Source: a virus
Lineage: Duplodnaviria; Caudoviricetes
Virus record (IMG/VR): IMGVR_UViG_3300037755_000609
Location: 1-29,906 of that record
DNA: 29,906 nucleotides
Reading direction: 5' to 3' (one strand)
The stretch's first letter is position 1, and each line of letters starts with the position of its first letter. The notes beneath the pieces were generated by a model. It was given only the letters and a program-made list of their open reading frames with translations, was not told the origin of the DNA and made no database searches. The position numbers were made by a program, and so were the translations under genes. This document shows positions 26,655 through 29,906 of the stretch, one piece after another.

Positions 26655-27218
26655 ATGATACGATTAACATTATTATTAAGTTTGTTTTGCTCACTGTCAT
26701 TTGGGCAAAAAGTATTGATTATTGACACCGATACTGGTAAGGAACGAATAAGGGATTTTCCTTCAAAAACTGGAATTATCCCGGGGTTAGAACCTAATAT
26801 AGATGTTTATTATATACTTGAAAAACAACGACCAACTTATGACCGATTAACGGAAAATTTGCAAAGAAACAGAAGGTTAACGGATAGTATTGCGGACGGA
26901 AATAATTATCCTTATGCAGTTTACGAATGGTCAAAAATACCGTTGTCCGAAGATGTTATTAATAAAAATAAAAAAGCACAAGCAACGAGAACCGAGATTG
27001 ATTCTTTGACTTTATTAATGACTGATTATGAATTTAAAAGGTATGTGCTAATAACATTGGGTATATTGATTGATGATAGCAGAAATAACAACCCAACTGC
27101 AAAGCAAGATTCTATACTAAATGAAGTCAAGGTATATAGCGATAAATCATTTGAATATTATGATAAAAAAGAAAAAGAATTAGATAGTTTACAAATAAAA
27201 AAAATATCAATACGATGA
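26655..27218 (+). CDS. Exported protein, fibre-associated-like (paralogue of next gene)
   Basis: ATG26655: MIRLTLLLSLFCSLSFG-Q. Confidence 0.65.
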   Translation: MIRLTLLLSLFCSLSFGQKVLIIDTDTGKERIRDFPSKTGIIPGLEPNIDVYYILEKQRPTYDRLTENLQRNRRLTDSIADGNNYPYAVYEWSKIPLSEDVINKNKKAQATRTEIDSLTLLMTDYEFKRYVLITLGILIDDSRNNNPTAKQDSILNEVKVYSDKSFEYYDKKEKELDSLQIKKISIR

Positions 27219-27847
27219 AAAAATTAATCTTTTTATTATCACTGTTTATTAGTGCAAATTTATTATCACAATCGTTCAGAACGATTGTAGTAGAATGGGA
27301 TGACACCGTGACCGTAAGGGATTTAAGTAATACGGATATATGGAGAATTGTAAATAGTAATTACGGTGTTTTATCATTACCCGTTTCAGGGCTAAATGAA
27401 AATTTAGAAATCTTTGTTTACCGACAATTAAATAATTTTCCACCGGTTGATTTCAGGTTGCAAAATGTTTTAGTTGAGGAGGGTTGTATTGATTCCTTAG
27501 ATGGAACATGGACAGATAACAGGATTTACGCCAGGCAATATACAATTGTTCAGAAAGATACAACTCAATTAAAAGAAAGCGTTGAGCAAGAGGAGAATGT
27601 AGCAAATGCCGGTGTATTTCCATACGAAAAGCAATTGAAATACATTGCCCTTTACCTAGGAATATTGGATAGAAAAATTGATGGGCTTGCAATTCCAGCT
27701 ACTTTGCAGACGTTGAAGCCTAAAATGGATGATAAAATTGAGTTGATTTATCAGAATTATGTAAATGCACAAAATAAAAAACAAGCTATAAACAATGAGG
27801 AAAGTTTTGATATTGATCTTGGTTGGAATGACACTGACCCTGAGTAG
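27215..27847 (+). CDS. Exported protein, fibre-associated-like
   Basis: MKKLIFLLSLFISANLLS-Q. Confidence 0.65.
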   Translation: MKKLIFLLSLFISANLLSQSFRTIVVEWDDTVTVRDLSNTDIWRIVNSNYGVLSLPVSGLNENLEIFVYRQLNNFPPVDFRLQNVLVEEGCIDSLDGTWTDNRIYARQYTIVQKDTTQLKESVEQEENVANAGVFPYEKQLKYIALYLGILDRKIDGLAIPATLQTLKPKMDDKIELIYQNYVNAQNKKQAINNEESFDIDLGWNDTDPE

Positions 27848-28559
27848 TCAGACGTTGTTTAAAGATACTTATTTATTCTCACAGCCAATTGTTGATTCAT
27901 ATAGATTTAAGCAAGACACAGGAATGCCTACAAACGGTTTAATTGCTTATTATCCATTTAATGGGAATGCAAATGATGAGAGCGTAAATGGTAATGACGG
28001 AACAGTAATTAATGCAACATTAACAACTGGTGTAGATGGGTCGGCAAACAGGGCTTATTCTTTTAACGGGACTGGATATATAGACATAGGTAGCGATGCA
28101 AGTTTACAACCTACAAGCGAATTAACTGTGTGCGCATGGGTAAAAATAGGCTCAACAGTTTCATTTAATAGAATAGTTAGTTATGATAATGGAAGCTCAA
28201 CATATAATGGATGGACTATTCGAGAAGTTTCGGGAGTGTTTGATATATTAGTATCAACAGATGTTACTAGAATTCCTGGAACAGGGGCTGGGGATGGAGA
28301 GACAATACCTGAAGGTGTATGGCAAATGCTGGCAATGACTTATGACGGTTCAAATGCTATAGGCTATCAGAATGCAGTTGAAACTATAAATGAATCAATT
28401 ACCGGTAATATAGTTTATACCGGAACAACTGTTGCAAATGTAGGGGGGCGGCAAAACGCATCAAATTTATTTACAGGCGATATAGGTTTTGTCGAAATTT
28501 ATAACAGGGCTTTATCGCCTGAAGAAATAACAATAATTTACAACATTCAAAAGCCATGA
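27795..28559 (+). CDS. LamG/concanavalin A-like lectin domain protein with signal peptide
   Basis: 'GLIAYYPFNGNANDES.NG..G...AYSFNG...TVCAWVK...W.MLAMTYDG...IYNRALSPEEI'. Confidence 0.9.
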   Translation: MRKVLILILVGMTLTLSSQTLFKDTYLFSQPIVDSYRFKQDTGMPTNGLIAYYPFNGNANDESVNGNDGTVINATLTTGVDGSANRAYSFNGTGYIDIGSDASLQPTSELTVCAWVKIGSTVSFNRIVSYDNGSSTYNGWTIREVSGVFDILVSTDVTRIPGTGAGDGETIPEGVWQMLAMTYDGSNAIGYQNAVETINESITGNIVYTGTTVANVGGRQNASNLFTGDIGFVEIYNRALSPEEITIIYNIQKP

Positions 28560-29906
28560 AAAAACTAACCTTAATATTATTAACACTCATAATAGTTGTA
28601 GCTGTTAATGCACAAAAAAAATGGCCGGACCCGGTTAACGGGGTCATAACATTACAACCGGGCGTAATTTACGAGGGTAAAACTTTCAATAAATTAAAAA
28701 ATACCTTAATAATAGGCAACGGTGCATTTATATTAGGTTTTCAAGATTATGATGGTAAAATGCCTATTTTATATGAACCAGATGTGATCACATATAATGG
28801 TGAATTACTTTATTGGTCACAAGGAGAAGGAGGTGAATCGTACATTTACAGGGATGGGGAGTATAAATGGTACCTTTTAAAAGTGAAAAATACAGGTCAA
28901 AATGGAAATGGGTTAACAGTGAATGACCCTGCAACTGTCACGGATAATACCTACGCATATACACCTGCATTATTCGGTTTGCTAAACAGAAATTTACATG
29001 TGACAGACCATTCAGGCATTCAATTTAGCTCAACTGGTGAGGGTCTTGAATTTAACGACTGCGAAAATATAATTATTCAAGATTTAATAATTTGTGGTTT
29101 TAACCGAAGGGGAATAAAAACAAAAGGTGGAAATTCAATTATAATAAGAAATGTTGAAATATGGGGCGTTGGATGGGATGGAATTGGAACAGAAGGAACG
29201 ACTAACGTACATGTGTTTAACTCAAACATTCATGACGTATTAGGAAACGGTATTAATTTTTCAGGAAATAATTACGGAAAAGTACACAATACTACTTTTA
29301 AAAGGATAGGGTTACAACCGGGCAAGGGGGAGTTCAATGGCGAGACAAATTACATACCCGCTTGTGCGATTAGAAACGATCAAGGCAATAACTGTGAGTT
29401 TACATTTAATAAAATTGATAGCACGCAGTATAATGGCATTGGTAGCTGGTCATGTGATGGAACAGTAATTTCAGATAATATTATTTCAAATACAAATTTA
29501 TTGTTAGATGATGGAGGGGCAATTTATACATGGGCAAGGAGTTCACAAGGCAGTTATGTTACTAACACAATAATTAGAAACAACCACATCACGAATGCAA
29601 TAGGTTCAACTTATTTAATAGACGGAAACGATTTATACCTAGATGCTTCGGGTATTTACATGGATGACGGTAATCGGGGTGCTTTAATTGAAAATAATAT
29701 AGTACGTAATGCAACAAGGGCTTTATTTGTACATAACAGCGACAAGATAAATATTAGAAACAACCAATTTTTTAATTGCACTGCGGGAATACTATATAGA
29801 AATAATCATAGTTCACATGATATAGTTGGTTCTAATTTTGAGGGCAATTATGTTGAAGCAAACGACTATTTAATTTACACGTGGTCACAAAGTGAGAGTA
29901 ATAAGA
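28556..29906 (+). CDS. Right-handed parallel beta-helix (pectate lyase-like) protein with signal peptide, 3'-truncated; not in ORF track
   Basis: MKKLTLILLTLIIVVAVNA-Q; 'DDGGAIYTW', 'GIYMDDG' and repeated 'I.NN.I'; frame open to the window end. Confidence 0.85.
   Translation, partial: MKKLTLILLTLIIVVAVNAQKKWPDPVNGVITLQPGVIYEGKTFNKLKNTLIIGNGAFILGFQDYDGKMPILYEPDVITYNGELLYWSQGEGGESYIYRDGEYKWYLLKVKNTGQNGNGLTVNDPATVTDNTYAYTPALFGLLNRNLHVTDHSGIQFSSTGEGLEFNDCENIIIQDLIICGFNRRGIKTKGGNSIIIRNVEIWGVGWDGIGTEGTTNVHVFNSNIHDVLGNGINFSGNNYGKVHNTTFKRIGLQPGKGEFNGETNYIPACAIRNDQGNNCEFTFNKIDSTQYNGIGSWSCDGTVISDNIISNTNLLLDDGGAIYTWARSSQGSYVTNTIIRNNHITNAIGSTYLIDGNDLYLDASGIYMDDGNRGALIENNIVRNATRALFVHNSDKINIRNNQFFNCTAGILYRNNHSSHDIVGSNFEGNYVEANDYLIYTWSQSESNK

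Noticed and set aside
166-27692. All minus-strand ORFs in the track (e.g. 9748..10257, 20134..20517, 2457..2744) and + strand 25314..25514
   Set aside because: They overlap better-supported + strand genes and have shadow-frame composition with no motifs

Overview
This is an AT-rich segment of a tailed phage or prophage, probably a siphovirus, with all credible genes on the + strand. The host is most likely Bacteroidota, judging by TAnnTTTG promoters, A-rich starts without Shine-Dalgarno sites, and signal peptides cleaved before Gln. Positions 1-6.7 kb are an accessory region of short ORFs, including a DnaA-C-like HTH protein, a DUF551-like protein, an amino-methyltransferase and a lipoprotein. 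Positions 6.9-24.9 kb are the morphogenesis module in a permuted order: terS, terL, a -1 frameshifted chaperone-like pair, neck and tail genes, a PKD/BspA-LRR tail protein, tape measure, Clp-type prohead protease, major capsid, tail tube, portal and head-tail adaptor. Positions 24.9-29.9 kb are a fibre/receptor-binding-like block. Two things stand out. (1) At 1.8-3.9 kb there is an array of integron-like cassettes bounded by GTT...AAC inverted repeats and joined by attC-like hairpins. ORFs read through the core sites, and one hairpin loop carries a nested insertion. (2) Seven late-region proteins carry Sec signal peptides, and most are rich in the Bacteroidota O-glycosylation sequon D-(S/T)-(A/I/L/V/M/T). 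This suggests virion parts that are exported to, and possibly glycosylated in, the host periplasm. All functional calls come from motif recognition by eye; no searches were run.
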